Below are positions 16,473-29,690 of a stretch of DNA of 64,000 nt, piece after piece. The DNA is from the human T2T-CHM13v2.0 reference genome, Homo sapiens. Location of the stretch: assembly GCF_009914755.1 (NCBI RefSeq), contig NC_060934.1, one strand, 5' to 3'. Below the pieces are notes generated by a model. The model made no database searches and had not been told where the DNA came from. It worked only from the letters and a program-made list of their open reading frames with translations. Positions within the stretch are counted from its first letter, which is position 1; the number at the start of each line of letters is the position of its first letter. Both the position numbers and the translations under genes were made by a program.

Positions 16473-16986
16473 CAGTAATTTTCAGAGCGTGGCCAGGGGA
16501 CCTCTGGGGATCCCTGGGACCCATTCTTCATAAAATAAGTCATTTTTAATGTAAAATGGGTTTATTGTCAGGCATGGTGGCTCATGCCTATAATCCTAGC
16601 TACTTGAGAGGCTGAGCCAGGAGGATCGCTTGAAGCCAGGAGTTAGAGACCAATGTGAGCAACATAGTGAAAGCCCTTCTTTAAAAAATAAGCATAAAGA
16701 AAATTAGTCAGGCACAGTAGCACACACATCTGTAGACCACCTACCCTGGAGGCCGAGGTGGGAGGAATACTTGAGTCCAGTTCGTTGAAGATCAGCCTGG
16801 GTGATATGGAAAGATTTCCTTCTAAAAGAAAATGATGTTTATTCTTACTATTTTAAAAATAGTTATTTTAACTGCTAACATAGTAAATATTAATAGATAT
16901 GACCCAGATAAACAAAAAATAGTTGGAATCCTCAGTAATTCCAAGAGGGTAAAGGGGTCCTGGGAACAAAAAGTTTGGAAATTCTA
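16473..16986 (+). mobile_element. Charlie1-derived hAT MITE (MER106-like), interrupted by an Alu
   Basis: 5' ggggacctctggggatccctgggaccc and 3' gtaaaggggtcctgggaacaaaaagtttggaa termini. Confidence 0.7.
16567..16832 (+). mobile_element. Atypical old Alu dimer of two FLAM-like monomers
   Basis: Two short 7SL-derived arms (16567-16705, 16706-16832); the second lacks the right-arm gcagtgagcc...cactgcactcc insert; approximate TSD aaaatg..tttatt. Confidence 0.75.
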
Positions 16987-17369
16987 CCTTAGACCAGTCA
17001 TGTGAACTCACCTGGGGCTTGGCATTTTAATCCTAGACGTTTTAATATAATTTGAGTAAAATTTACTATAACCTAATTTCTACATACTGATCATAATATT
17101 TACTAATGTTTAAAGTGAATTTTGTCTCTGAGTTTAAGATATCTAGAAAATTTAGGTTCTTCTATGAAGATAAACAGTTTATTTCTAGAATTTTGTAATA
17201 GTGCTAGTTAAATATTGTTTGTTAAATTTGTTAAAATATTTTTATTACATTAAATCAATTTTTGAACTAGCACTGTCTCTATTCCTAGCCTGCTTTTTAG
17301 AATAAAAATTAATATGTGTGTCAGAAAATTTTGAAAGAAAAATAATTAGGAACTATTGAATATTTTTCT

Positions 17370-17680
17370 CCATTACTAATGATGGAAATTTAATTTTGTC
17401 AAATGCCTCCACCATTAATTAAGATCATATTTTCCCCTCCCATGTTAATAGATTTTATACTTCTGAATCATCCTTACATTTCAGGTTTGAATCACACTTC
17501 ATTATTTTGTAACATACCTGAAATATACTGCTAAAATTTGTTAATATTTATTTATATGATCTTTACACCTGTATTCAAACATGCAATTACTCTATGGTTT
17601 GATCTTTAGTATCTATGTTTGCCAGGTTTAACTTCAATGTTATACTTTAAAAAAACAAGTAAAAAGGTTTTTTATGTTCT
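17370..17680 (-). mobile_element. Ancient L1M ORF2 fragment
   Basis: aattttgtcaaatgcct...tgaatcatccttacatttcaggtttgaatcacacttc. Confidence 0.55.
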
Positions 17681-17724
17681 GAAGAAAACCTATAAATGGA
17701 AAAGGAAGACATTTATTTATAAAA

Positions 17725-17950
17725 CTATGATATATACTTAGTATGACAGGCATTATTCAAAGTATTATCGAATACTAGTTTATTTAATCCTTATAACAAC
17801 ACTATGTAGTAGGTATTATTATTATTTCTATTTTATAGGTAAGAAATGGAGGCACAGAGAAGATAAGTAACTTGGCCAAGATAACACAGCTTATAAATGG
17901 CAAAATTAGGTAAAATTTGACTCCAAATGGCCTGAGAGTTCATGCTCTGA
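17725..17950 (-). mobile_element. MIR
   Basis: atttaatccttataacaacactatg...ggaggcacagagaagataagtaacttggccaagataacacagc. Confidence 0.85.
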
Positions 17951-18177
17951 CACAATTTGAACCTTGAGCTTCTTTTCGTGGTTGACTTTTTTTTCTTTTT
18001 ACATTTTTTAGTTTTTTCCAGGATCTCTATGATTTCCATTATGGATAAAAGTTATTCATCCAATGTGGCAAATTTTGCTTTGAGTTTTGCAAAAGAGTTG
18101 ACTGAAGGCTTCTGAACAGATGAACAGTTTAAAGCATCTGCTTAAGATGAAAATTTAAGCATCACTATTCCTCTGTT

Positions 18178-19600
18178 TAAAAACATCTACTGAACACTTC
18201 ATATGACTCAGACACTGATTTGGATAAGGGAAGTATAGTAGTGAACACTCACAAAATAGATCACATCTCTGTCCTCATAGCAATTATGTTCAAATGAGAC
18301 AAGACACAGAAAACAAATAAATGAGTAGTGGTAAGTGCCAAGAGAAAAATAAAATAGGACAAGGAGACACAGAGTAATGGGAGAGAGAACAGACTGTTTT
18401 AGACAGCGTGTCAGGGAATATCAGAATGAAGTGATGGAGCCAGCCATGTGGATAGGTATCTGGGGAGAGTATTCCACCAGCAACGGAAAATACGTCAGCA
18501 GCAATGTGCATGTAGTGTTCTAGAAGCAGTGAAGAGGACTATATGGCTGGCACAGTATGACAGAGGAAAACGTGGTAAAGGATGTAATTAAGAGGTTTCT
18601 GGGGGCCAACTTATGTAGGATTTTGTAGGCCACAGTAAAAACTAATTTACTTTCATTAAGATGAAAAGCCATAAGATGACTTTCAGCAGAATGGCATAAA
18701 TGGAATTACATACTCAAAGACATTCTTCTGACTCCTAATTGAGGAAGAATCTATGATGGAGCCAGGCTGAAAACAAGAAGACAGAATTGGATTGGTATTG
18801 CAACCTTTGAGGGAATAGTGGCTATCACTAACTTGATAGCAGTGGAAATGATGAGAAGTACTTCAGTTCTGTATATAATTAGAAGGTAGAGCTGACCAGA
18901 ATCTTTGCAGAATTAGCTATAAAAGGAAGAAGTCAAGGATGACTCAAAAATGTATGATTTCAGCAGCTGTAAGGATGCCAGGCTGTTTCTTGAGTGTGAA
19001 AGCCCAGAGAAGGAGCAAATTTAAGGAAAATGATTAAAAATTTGATTTTGCCCATGTTAATTTTGAGGCAATGTATTGGTTATTACTGCTGTTATAACAA
19101 ATTACCATGAACTTAATAGCTTAAAGCAACACAACCTAATTTTCTTGTAGTTTTATAGGTTAAAATGTTGGCATGTGTCTCACTGGGCTAAAATCAAGGT
19201 AGTCTCAGAGTCTGCCTTCCTTTTGGAGGCTGTAAGGGAGAATCTGTTTTCTGGCATTTCCCAGTATTTAGAAGCTTCTTGCTTTCTCTAGCTCAGGAGC
19301 CCTCTTCCATCTTCAAAGCCAGTCAGGAAGGATTGAGTCCTTCTCACATTGAATCACTCCGACTCTTCTACCTTATTCTTCCACTTTTAAGGACCTTTGT
19401 GATTATACTGGGCCCATCAAGAGAGAATCTCCCTATATTAAAGTCAGCTAATCAGCAACCTTAATTCTATCTGCAATCTTAATTTTTGTTTGCCATATAA
19501 GGCAACCTATTCACTAGTTCTGGGAATTAGAATGTGAACGTTTTGCAGGGAAGATTATTCTGCTTAACACAGATGTCTATTTGACATCCAATGGACTTAT
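18178..19600 (-). mobile_element. L2 (L2a-like) 3' region, interrupted by an MLT1 LTR
   Basis: aaacatctactgaacac...; gagtcaaggatgactc; resumes after the LTR with tctatttgacatccaa. Confidence 0.75.
19072..19571 (-). mobile_element. MLT1B/C/D-type MaLR solo LTR
   Basis: tgtattgg...ataacaaattaccatgaacttaatagcttaaagcaacac...gggctaaaatcaaggt...ttattctgcttaacaca. Confidence 0.85.
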
Positions 19601-20774
19601 AATAAAATAGCATATCTTTTACTTTCTTAAAAAAGAAATATATAAAGAAGCAGGATAGAGGGTAAAATAAGTTTTGTTGCTCTATAAAAATGCAGAATTA
19701 CCAAACCAGCTTTTAAGGCAAATTTTAATTCTAAAGCACTTAAAATAAAATTTTATTTTACAAAATTATATAGCTGTGGTAATTCTAATAGGTACAAATG
19801 TATTGGTCATCAGATTTTGTGCCGAGTGTTGTTAACCCAGTTAAGCCCTTCAAAATGGTGCTTTTGAAAAAAAAAAGTTGCTTAAAAGCCCCTAAATAAA
19901 GCCTTTAATGCTTAAGTCATAAAATTGAAAGTATGTAGTGCTATGTTATATTTTAAAAGTGCTATTTATAATCCAGCATATATAAATTAATCATGAAAAG
20001 TCCACCAGAAGATAAAATAAGAAGGGTTTTATTCTTATTAAGTAAAATATCCTTGCTAATATTTTGATTATGTACTTTGTCATATGCATATAATTATAAA
20101 TACATGAATATTTATATACACAGACATTTATATTTATCTATGTTTAATGTATTTACAGTTTTAAATCTGCTTACTCATATTGGAAGCACTGCTTCATGTT
20201 GCTAATATTCTGCATACCATCACATTTAATGGTATCATAATATTCCATTGAGTCATAATTTACTTAACCAATTACCATTATCGGATACTTGGATTTTCAA
20301 TTTTACTCTAAATATAACTAACATGAACAAACTTGTATTGAAATCATTGCTTATATCTAGTGACTGATTCTTGGGATAAATCCCTGAAGGAAACATTATT
20401 GTGACAAAGTTTATTTATATTTTCTAAAGCTTTCAGTATAAAATGAGAACCATTATAGTCTCTGAAACAAATACCTCAATCAATTTAACTGAATCTTATT
20501 TTAAGAGAATACACTTGATTTATCATCAGCTTCTCATATAGAAACTTCAGATAAGGATATAAAAGCCTTTGAATTTCAAATTGTGAAAATTATTAATATG
20601 TCAGGACTAATTAACATTTCAAAAGAAGGTTTGGGGAGCCCTTTTATTCTTTTGTCAACAAATGTAAAGCACTATTATTAAATTTACATTGAGAAGACAT
20701 ATTGCCACTTTTTTCGTCTGCTTCTACTATAAATGACAAAAGAGAAACTATAGGAAATAGTAATATTTATAAAA

Positions 20775-21000
20775 TGGTAAGTACTTAATAAGTGCCTACT
20801 AAGCTTTAGGCAGTGCACTGAGCATCTATATTTATTATCTTAAACCTTGCATAAAGCTAGAGTTAGGTAACAGTATTATTTCCTTCTCAAAGATATAAAA
20901 ACCCAGGTCTCGAAAGGCAAAAAATTAGTCCACCCAGTTAGTAAATAGGGGAGCTAGGATTCAAAATCAGGTACATCTGACACTGGAGTCCTGTCTCCTA
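20775..21000 (-). mobile_element. MIR
   Basis: cacccagttagtaaataggggagctaggattcaaaatcaggt...tctgacactggagtcc. Confidence 0.75.
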
Positions 21001-21065
21001 AAGTAAAATTCTGTGTTTCCTTGAGTTTCTCCTTCAGCTACTAGTAGCAGTAACAGTAGTAGTAT

Positions 21066-21260
21066 CATTCATTCATTCATTCATTTGCTCATGAGGTTAT
21101 TTAGTACCTATTATGCTCCAAGATCTCTGCTAGTTACTTGGGAGATTACAGGGAACATAATAGAGGCACTGATCTCTTGGAGCTTATAATCTTTTAGAGA
21201 AGGCAATTATTTATTCAATTGGTAATTCCACTAGAGTATATTGAGTGTTATGTTGGTGGA
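21066..21260 (-). mobile_element. L2 3' end
   Basis: (cattc)n tail followed by tagtacctattatgctcc. Confidence 0.7.
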
Positions 21261-21339
21261 ATCACAGAGTGCTATATAACTGTGTGTCCTCTGCACCCCC
21301 AGTATTTTATACTCATCTTCATTGGCCTTGTTACACCGA

Positions 21340-21482
21340 AAAATGAATTTTCACCTATGTGCTGGTTGTCCTTTATAAACTATAAACTTCTTAATAGCAG
21401 GCATCTTATCTGATTAATGTTTGTGACCCTAGCACCTAACATAGTTCCAGGCACATAGTAAGTGGGTGCCTAATAAATGTTT
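21340..21482 (+). mobile_element. L2 3' end
   Basis: ccctagcacctaacatagttccaggcacatagtaagtgggtgcctaataaatg. Confidence 0.7.
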
Positions 21483-21833
21483 TTTTTTTTTTTCCCTGAA
21501 ATACTCATTGATTATAACTAGTCTCTAAATAAGCAGTTTTTGACTCCTGATTCTGTTACTCTCAATGATTTATTATTGGTAAAGTGAAACTGTTAGTTAT
21601 GTGATTATACTAATCAAATGAAGTTTTTGGAATTAAAAATAATGCCATCATTCGCTCTCTAATTCAACAAGTATTTTGTCCACTTACCACATATTACTTT
21701 ATGTGTGGCACAAAGGACAGAAATCAGGCCCTGAGCTTACATTTAGGATTTTGACTTGAGTGGAAAAGATAAGACAAGCTTATAACAAAATACGTAGATG
21801 ACCATTCAGGAACTTATTATGTATGTGAATGCA

Positions 21834-21836
<3 letters not shown>

Positions 21837-21865
<29 letters not shown>
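21837..21865. repeat. (GT)14 microsatellite
   Basis: Direct reading. Confidence 0.95.
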
Positions 21866-23059
21866 CAAGAAATTCTGTATTCATCCTCAGGAAGAGTGAC
21901 TATTAGAAGGAATGGGAGAGTGACTCATTGAGAGTGGTTAGGTCCCCCTTTCAGTCTTTTCTAATTGACCACCTAAGCTTTTCAGATCAATCACCAGCAT
22001 GTGAAATGAACCCTTCGTGCTGGATAGATCTCTCAGGACATGGAGGACATAAAGACTGCAGGTTCCATGTGGGTGGGTGTTTGAGCCCTCTGAGATCCAG
22101 AGGGTCCAATGTGGCTTTCCAGGTGTGGTACCCAGATGGACTGGACATTAGCACTGAGGCCTTGAGCCAGGGCAAGCCATAACCAAGCTGGTTATGAAGG
22201 AATGAAATCACACTCAGAGCCACTGTCCTTCAAAAAACCAGGCTGGCCTCTGCAGGGACATAGGATGAAAGCAGCAATAGGCAGAGGAAGGAAGACCCAG
22301 CAACTCAGTTGTTGTTCTGTGTGCAAGCAAGGGTTGGTGGTGGCAAACCCAGCAATGTCAAGATTCTTCCAAGGCAAGACTTTCAGAGGCCCAGAGCACT
22401 GAAAAGTTTAAGAAACTCTCACTCACTTATCCACGTGTGAATCAAAGTCAAAATAATACTAAACTATAAAATGCTAAACTTGTGTGCATGCTAAAATAAA
22501 AACACTTTCTATATTTGTAGATGAAAAAACTATAAAAAATAATAGTAAAGTAAACTTTCCTCACCTTGTTGATGCCCTATTTTGCTGGCAGTCTAAACCT
22601 CTGCTTTCTTACTCTGCATAAAGGGTAAGCACTGGCCCTTTCGCTCTGGACAAGGGAAGCTGGGGGACCTATTTCCTGGGCTGATTTTTTTGTATTATCT
22701 AAGATGGTAAACAGGTGGCCTTAAGAATATGGTCCTGGACTTCCTGCTAACCTTAAACTGTTTTATATTTCTAGAACCTCGTTCTGATAGAATATGATAA
22801 ATAAACAGTGTGATTTTATTCACCCCCTGAGTGGTACAAAACAATTCATATTCATTATAGTTAAAACATAAGGGAGAAAGTGCCAAGAAGTGTATGAGAA
22901 GTTTAAATAAATTATTAATAGAAATTCAGAAAACAGACGCAATTACATTAGGAATCTGAAAAGATTTATGGAAGACTTTGCATTTTGGCTTTAAGTGTAA
23001 TGGAAGTTCAGGGATAACAGATGTAAAGAACAATGTCTAATTCTAGGGCTGAGAGAATA

Positions 23060-23527
23060 CCTAAGGAAGGAGCAAACTTGGAAGAGCTTCTCTCACCAAG
23101 GCTGAGATCCAGACTTCTTTGAGGAGTGTGGCTGTGCCCAATGGATGGTGAAGTTTACTGAGTGCTGCAGGCAGTAACTATAAAGCTGGAAGCCACTCAC
23201 TGGGGACTTGCTGAGAAGCTGCCCACTGGGGTGCTGGCAAGACTCACTGGAAAACTTTCACAGTTGCTCTGGCAAAAGTCTTTGGAAGCGGGTGCACCAC
23301 TGGGTCTCCTCAAGCCAGTGGTAGGAGAGCTGCAGTGAGTTGTTGGAGCAAGATATACGGCAACTGAACAAGGAGGAGAAACTCTCTTCTCTTGCAGTGT
23401 CCTCTATTCTCCCACATATTCTACTGACAATGGCTGACTCACAAAGAGGAACACTTACAGGATCCTACACCAGGGCAAAAACAGTGGATTTGGAGCTAAG
23501 AGGCAATATATCAATATAATTCACACA
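23060..23527 (-). mobile_element. LTR41-like ERVL LTR
   Basis: gtggatttggagctaagaggcaatatatcaatataattcacaca is the reverse complement of the LTR41/LTR33-type 5' terminus; cttgcagtgtcc...ctactgacaa. Confidence 0.7.
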
Positions 23528-23937
23528 GTGGCAATGTATGTGTATGTATCTCAAGATTATGAAGAGTTGCCCATTTTCCTCTTATCTTCAGGCTATAAAG
23601 TATCAGAATAAAAGTTATCTGCGGTGAGTTGAAAACCTGTTTTCCAATTATTGCATTAAGGCACGTGTTATTTATATCTATAGCTCCTTTTCTCAACTCA
23701 GTAGCACACTTCTAGGTTTTCTCCATGGGGCTTAGATGGCTGTATTTATTGGCTTGGGGTAATGAAGTGGGAATTGAACAAAACTTCAGTTTCAGTAATT
23801 ATACCTGTTTGCCTGTACTATCCCTTATATATTGCTCCTTCCACTTGAATCTGCTATATACTTACCCTGAATTCCCCATAGTATCTGGCAAATGGTACTT
23901 AGGAAATTTTTTAAAAATTGAATCAGATCCAAATGAA

Positions 23938-24187
23938 GAGTAAGTGATGAAAACCACAAGCTTTGGAGTCAGACAGACCCATTCAATTTCTAGATCTTTC
24001 ACTTAGGTTTTGTGTGACCCTGAGTACATTACTAATATCTAACTTTTTTAGCCACAGTTTTTCCATCCATAAAATGAGGATTATAAAACCTTTCCCCTAT
24101 GGTTGCTGTGAGTATTAAATGTGGCTACCTATAAAAACTGTAGCTTGGCACATAATAAGTCCTTGACAAATGGAAGCTATTATTAGT
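23938..24187 (+). mobile_element. MIR
   Basis: gctttggagtcagacagacc...tgtgaccctgag...ataaaatgaggatt...tggcacataataagt. Confidence 0.85.
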
Positions 24188-25254
24188 AGAGGGAATTTCA
24201 AGTTGCATTGATTCTTAAAATGAATGAAAAGATGACAGATTCTTGGGTACAGCCTCAAAGCTGTGCTCTCCTAAAATACGATTTCAGAAAATGAAAGAGC
24301 AAAAACACAGGGACCTCAAGGAGAGAACTAAATTCTTGATGAATGACTACTAAAACTAAGAAATTCATTCCACGAAGGTAATAAAAACAATGAATTTAAA
24401 AACTGAATAATCAGATCTGGTTTGTATTTCATCAGACTGTGCTATAGACCAAATCTGTTTTACTGTCTCATTTATGTGACAGATGGTGTGACAACTTATT
24501 GAGCTGATAAATTGTTTTCAGTTATTTAATCACAGTGCAATCATCTTACTGTATTTCTACTCCCTTAATTTGAAACAGATTCGACCCTTTGTTCAGCTGG
24601 CTTCCTGTACATGCAACACCAGTCAGCAGACTGGGCTGTCCCCTTCAGTTTACTTGTTCATGCTAGACTCTTGGAGACAACAGCATGCTTATGTCACAAG
24701 CCACTTCTGTCATGGCAGGATTTGTGTTTCTCCTCAGGTTAATAATATCTGATGGAGGCACCAGGTCTCCTTTCCTTAAAAGCAAGGGGTCTGAATACCA
24801 GTTTAGGAAGAGGTGCTTCAAAGATCAAAACCAGGCCTGTGACAGTGACATGTGAGTTCGTGAATTGGAAATGGCAGTGTCAAATCTCTCCTAAACAAGG
24901 AAATAGCCCCTGGCCAGCAGAAAAGGAACATGGAATATTGCTGGCCCCAATTAGAGAGGCAAGTTTTGTAAAAGGTAGCCACATTCACTGACATTTTTTT
25001 TTCTAATGTAGTTCTGTACGGACTATTGGAAAAATAAACTAGGAAAAACAGGGAAAATGTGAACTTACAGGTTGATGGGCAACTTCAGAGATAAGAGCAC
25101 AAATACATGGCTTTCAACTTTATGATGAGAGATGTTTTGCTTTAGGTAGGCTGAATATGCATAATTTCTAACTGAGATAACTTGCAAACAGGAGCGAAGA
25201 ACTGCAACTCAAGTTTGGTAAGTTAATAATAATAGTTATGCTTATTTGGAGACT

Positions 25255-25800
25255 TTAATAATCATTATTATTATTTAGTATTACGTGACACTTATTAGTA
25301 CTTATATGTGCCAAGCAGTCATACATATTGATCTATTTATCCTCATTAAAACCATGCTGCAACTTGTCACTAATCAATTATTCAATAATATATTGAATAA
25401 ACATTTATGTAACACCTACTATACTTCAGATACTCAATCCTTTTTCGTTCTCACAGCACTAAGAGATGGGTATAATCATCAACTTACCCAGATCCTCTAA
25501 GAGGCTAAATAATTTGTCATGGCTGTGCAGCTAGTGGGTGTTAGAAATAGTTTCAAGTCCATGCCTAGCTCAAAATTGTCCTTTTTTTCTGGCTACCTCT
25601 CAACCTATGGCTGCTATCCCTTTGCTTTGGCCACCCATTAATAGGGAGCCCTCACCAAAGTTCCCAACTTCTCTTAGGCTTCATCTCCTCATTTGCATAA
25701 TTATCATCATATGTACCACATAGGCTTGTTGTGAAGTTAAATGAGGTAAAATATAAACTTTCTTAGAACACTGATTAAAACACAAGTATATTTTGGTTGA
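25255..25800. mobile_element. Degraded MIR fragments in both orientations
   Basis: gaggctaaataatttgtcatggctgtgcagctag (antisense) and ggcttgttgtgaagttaaatgagg (sense). Confidence 0.5.
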
Positions 25801-25950
25801 ATGAAGTCAAAGTGTGTTTCTTTTCTTATTAGGGGTTTCAGTCCACTGACAGAGTGTAGTAGCTTAATTATTTTCTTCGTCAGGATTTAAATAATGTATA
25901 GTCTAATTTTTAGTTATTTTTAAACCAATGTTCCGCATTTACCCAGTGCC

Positions 25951-26193
25951 GTTTTGTTTTGTTTTGTTTCGTTTTGTTTTGTTTTGTTTTGTTTTGTTTG
26001 AGACGGAGTCTCGCTCTGTCACCCATGCTGGAGTGCAGTGGCGCGATCTTGGCTCACTGCAACCTCTGCCTCCTGGTTCAAGCGATTCTCCTGCCTCTGC
26101 CTCCCAAGTAACTGGAATTACAGGTGCGTGCCAACACGCCCAGCTAATTTTTGTATTTTTAGTAGAGACGGGTTTCACCATGTTGGTCAGACT
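25951..26193 (-). mobile_element. 5'-truncated AluS with (AAAAC)n tail
   Basis: (gtttt)n 25951-25999, complete right arm, left arm stops at ggtcagact; TSD agtgcc at 25945-25950 and 26194-26199. Confidence 0.92.
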
Positions 26194-29100
26194 AGTGCCT
26201 TTTTTAAAATACACCCAAACCTAGTAGGAACATGCAGAGAAATAGCAAGGTTACATTTTTTAAAAATCCAAAACCAATTATTTCTTATGTTAGCTTTCCA
26301 TTCAACTCCAGATCTTTTCATTATTCAGAGAATGCTTGTCGAATTAAGGTCCTTGACTTTCTCTCTTCTGTAGCCTATGACTTAGGTAGATTTTATAAAA
26401 AGAAAAAGTTGAAATTGACTTTTGACTGAATTATGTTCTTAATAGGAGGTTATGCATCTCTACCAAAGAACTTCAGTAGTGCTTGTGAAAGGAAACATCT
26501 TCAAATCAAATAGCCAAATATAAAACCAGCCTGAAAGATCATGGCTTTATATCTGTCTTTTAGTTCTTCTCTCAGAGCACAAACTTTCTCTGCCTGTGGT
26601 ATCAGCAAACAATTTCCTGTCTAAGAGCTGAGGTATGGAGAGGTTATGTAACAAGAAGCACACTTAAGGAAGTCTTGACCAGTTCCTGTGTTTAGGATCA
26701 TTTCCATTGTGACTGGGAACCTTCAGAATGGGAAACTTGTTGAAATTTCAGATCTTCATCATGGCTCAGCTTATGGAAAAACCTATCTGGTGTAGTATTA
26801 ATAAAACTAGAATGATATAATCTTTCCGGCAATTTCATGTCTGTCACTGAACATATTTTACTGAAAATCTGATGAAATCAGTCACAGTTTTTTAAGAAGC
26901 AGTATCTGTAAATTAGACTATATCTTATACAACAGTGAAAATTGAGCTACAAGTAGAGTTAGTAAACTTTATTGTTTTCTACCACAGCAATGTCCACAAG
27001 CAAGCTAAATTCAATGATCTCTTACTAAACTTTGCCATATTATGGTGGTTTTGTATTATATCAATCTTCTTCATTAAGTAATGATGGGCAGTTACTACCT
27101 ATGATTACACTTTTTGCTCTCAGAAGGAAAATGAGGCATGTATATATATTCTATTGAAAGATTTTTAAAAGAAAAAATAAACATAGAAGGTGATATGTGT
27201 AATAAAAAACAAAAATGCTAAAATATGAGGTGTTTGGACAGTTTGATTCTAATAAAACAGAACCTTCAAAACTGAATATAGTTTATTTTTCTTACTGAAT
27301 TAAAGGTGTACTAATACTTATGATATTTTCACCATTTGATTCATAGGGACTAGCTAATGACAGTAAAAATATCTGTATATCACACACTCACAAATACAGA
27401 AATGTGTGTTACAGTCTCTACCTTGAAAAATTATGTTTTTAGGTTTATGCATTTTAAAATTGTTTATTCATAATATGACTTATCAATAATAAATAATTAT
27501 AGTTATACTTTGTAAATATATAGGGTCATTGTTGATCAGATGATGAGAAACACTTCCTGGAGGAAAGCAGTAGGTAGGGAAAAAAAAGAAGAGGCTGAAG
27601 ATATTTTGAAAATTAGATTTCTTTATTTCGACTTATGGTTCCTGAAGACACGCAACTGCACTGGTTTTGGAGGGCAGAATCAGGGTTAATTTATGAAAAC
27701 TGAAGGAAAGCCTAGCAAACAGAAAAGTTCACATGAAAGTTTTGGCATTCAAAAAGAAAGCAAAGTACCTAAGAAAACATGATCTAGCTAATTTTAATGT
27801 AGTAGAGACCCTACGTATAGAAATACACATTAAAGGCTATCTATATATGCTTTCCTGATATTCCAATAGTATGTTTCTTTCATGTCTGAGGTACATAATA
27901 AATACTTTTGAATGAATGAACACAGCAGAATTATAGGCACTAAGTAAGATACCAAGTAACTAGGACACTGGTAATCAGGGTGAATTCTTAATAACTTGTG
28001 ACAAAAATCCAAAAGCATGGTCCTCTACAACCCTGAATAATTTATCCCAAATTTCATCTACCTTAAAGTTCTTCTCAACATAATGACTTCCATAAAGTTC
28101 TGGGATTTGTGCTTTACAAATATCCCTTGTCCTACAGCATCTATCGATTTGTATATTCCTGAATAGCTATAGTGATCTCTTCTTTTGTCCCTGATATTTG
28201 ATTATCAGGTTACCTCCATAAATAGAGCATGTCTACATAGTACCACAAACTCAATCATGTTGTAACTAAACATGATGGCTTGCTTAGCCATCAAACAGCT
28301 ACGGAACTGACAATTACACGAGGAACAATCAGTTTAATTTGGTCCTTTCTAAAACCTGCAGATTCTTCAGTAATTTGTATATAACCATCTTATCTGATCA
28401 GTGTTATAAAATATATTGTACAATCATTCACAGTTTTTAAAACCCAGCGCTTCATAAATTTCCTATACCTGTTATGTCAAATATAAAAATTATAAATTTG
28501 CACCAAAAGCTTCATGGCTTAAAGTGGTATAGAAAATTAATTTTTATTAGTGGAAAAATTGCTTTAAGTAGGTGAGAAGTATTTTCCTGTGAATTGAGGT
28601 AATAACCAATTGGAGAAGTTTTAATTTCATTTTACTTGAGCATACTTACTCTAACAAACCTGGTTAAATTGCCCAGGGAGTTATAAAGAAATAATAGGAT
28701 TAAAAAAAATTAAAACCCGTAAGAATGAAACATTCTGTTTCCTAAAGTGGGTGTTATCTAATCTCATTCAGTAAAAGAAAAAAGAAAGTTTGACTCTTTC
28801 TCAGTAAGGAATCACATAAAACTTAGAAAATATCATTTGAAGCTACATTCTAACTCTCTACAAGAACACTTGAGAAAGCTTAATGAAAGCTTTAGATTTC
28901 AAGGCATAAATATAGACTGAAATGGTTACCAAGGTATATTTATTAGATTTATTATTTCCTTTAAAGAACTCATGTAGCTGTCTAAGATTTATCAAACTGA
29001 TGGATACCAAGAAAATAATCTATGGTCTTAATTGCCAAGTTCCCAAACCATAAAGAATGATACTGGGATCAGAGGGTAAAAGCCACTCCTTTGATCACAG

Positions 29101-29419
29101 AGTACAAACATTATAGAATCTTTGCTACCACACAAATACATCTATATGAGGACATTTATTCACATAATGCACAATTGCATTGTTTTGAGTTTCTTCAGAA
29201 AATTAAAAGCCCATGTTAATATGTAACTATAGTAATATTGATAAGTACTCTCTGCTTTAAAAAAAATCAGCAGGACGAAACAGATGATCTCTCAGCTATC
29301 TCCTTCAGGAAGTTCCACAATTCTATGAAAATTTTAAACCTGGGGAAGAAATTATGTTTTTGTTTTAGCTTAGAAAAATCTTGTATTTTTGAAATTGATA
29401 GCCATAGCTTCACCTGTGA

Positions 29420-29690
29420 ACCATGACTCTGAAATCCATATCTAAAGCCCAAGTTTCTGTCTTTGGAGAAACAGATACATGGATCAGACGAGCCACTGAA
29501 CATCTCTACTTGGCAGTCCCAAAAAAACCTCAAACTAAAGATCTCTAAAACAGAAGGTATTGCCATCTGTAACCCTACTCAGATTTTGTTTTATTTATTC
29601 TTATAGATGATGCTACTGCTCCTTAGTAACCCAGGGCAAGGACTTTTGGAACTGTCCTAAATGGCTCTTTACCATCCACTTTCAATGTCT
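29420..29690 (+). mobile_element. L2 internal fragment
   Basis: atgactctgaaatccatatct...gaacatctctacttggcagtccc...cctcaaactaaagatctctaaaacagaa. Confidence 0.65.

Noticed and set aside
23395-23430. CTCF site expected in LTR41-type elements
   Set aside because: The position has decayed (ctcccacatattctactgac); the core no longer fits.
28254-28293. Two overlapping 8-bp hairpins as an RNA switch
   Set aside because: Stems are short and AT-rich; expected by chance in 64 kb.
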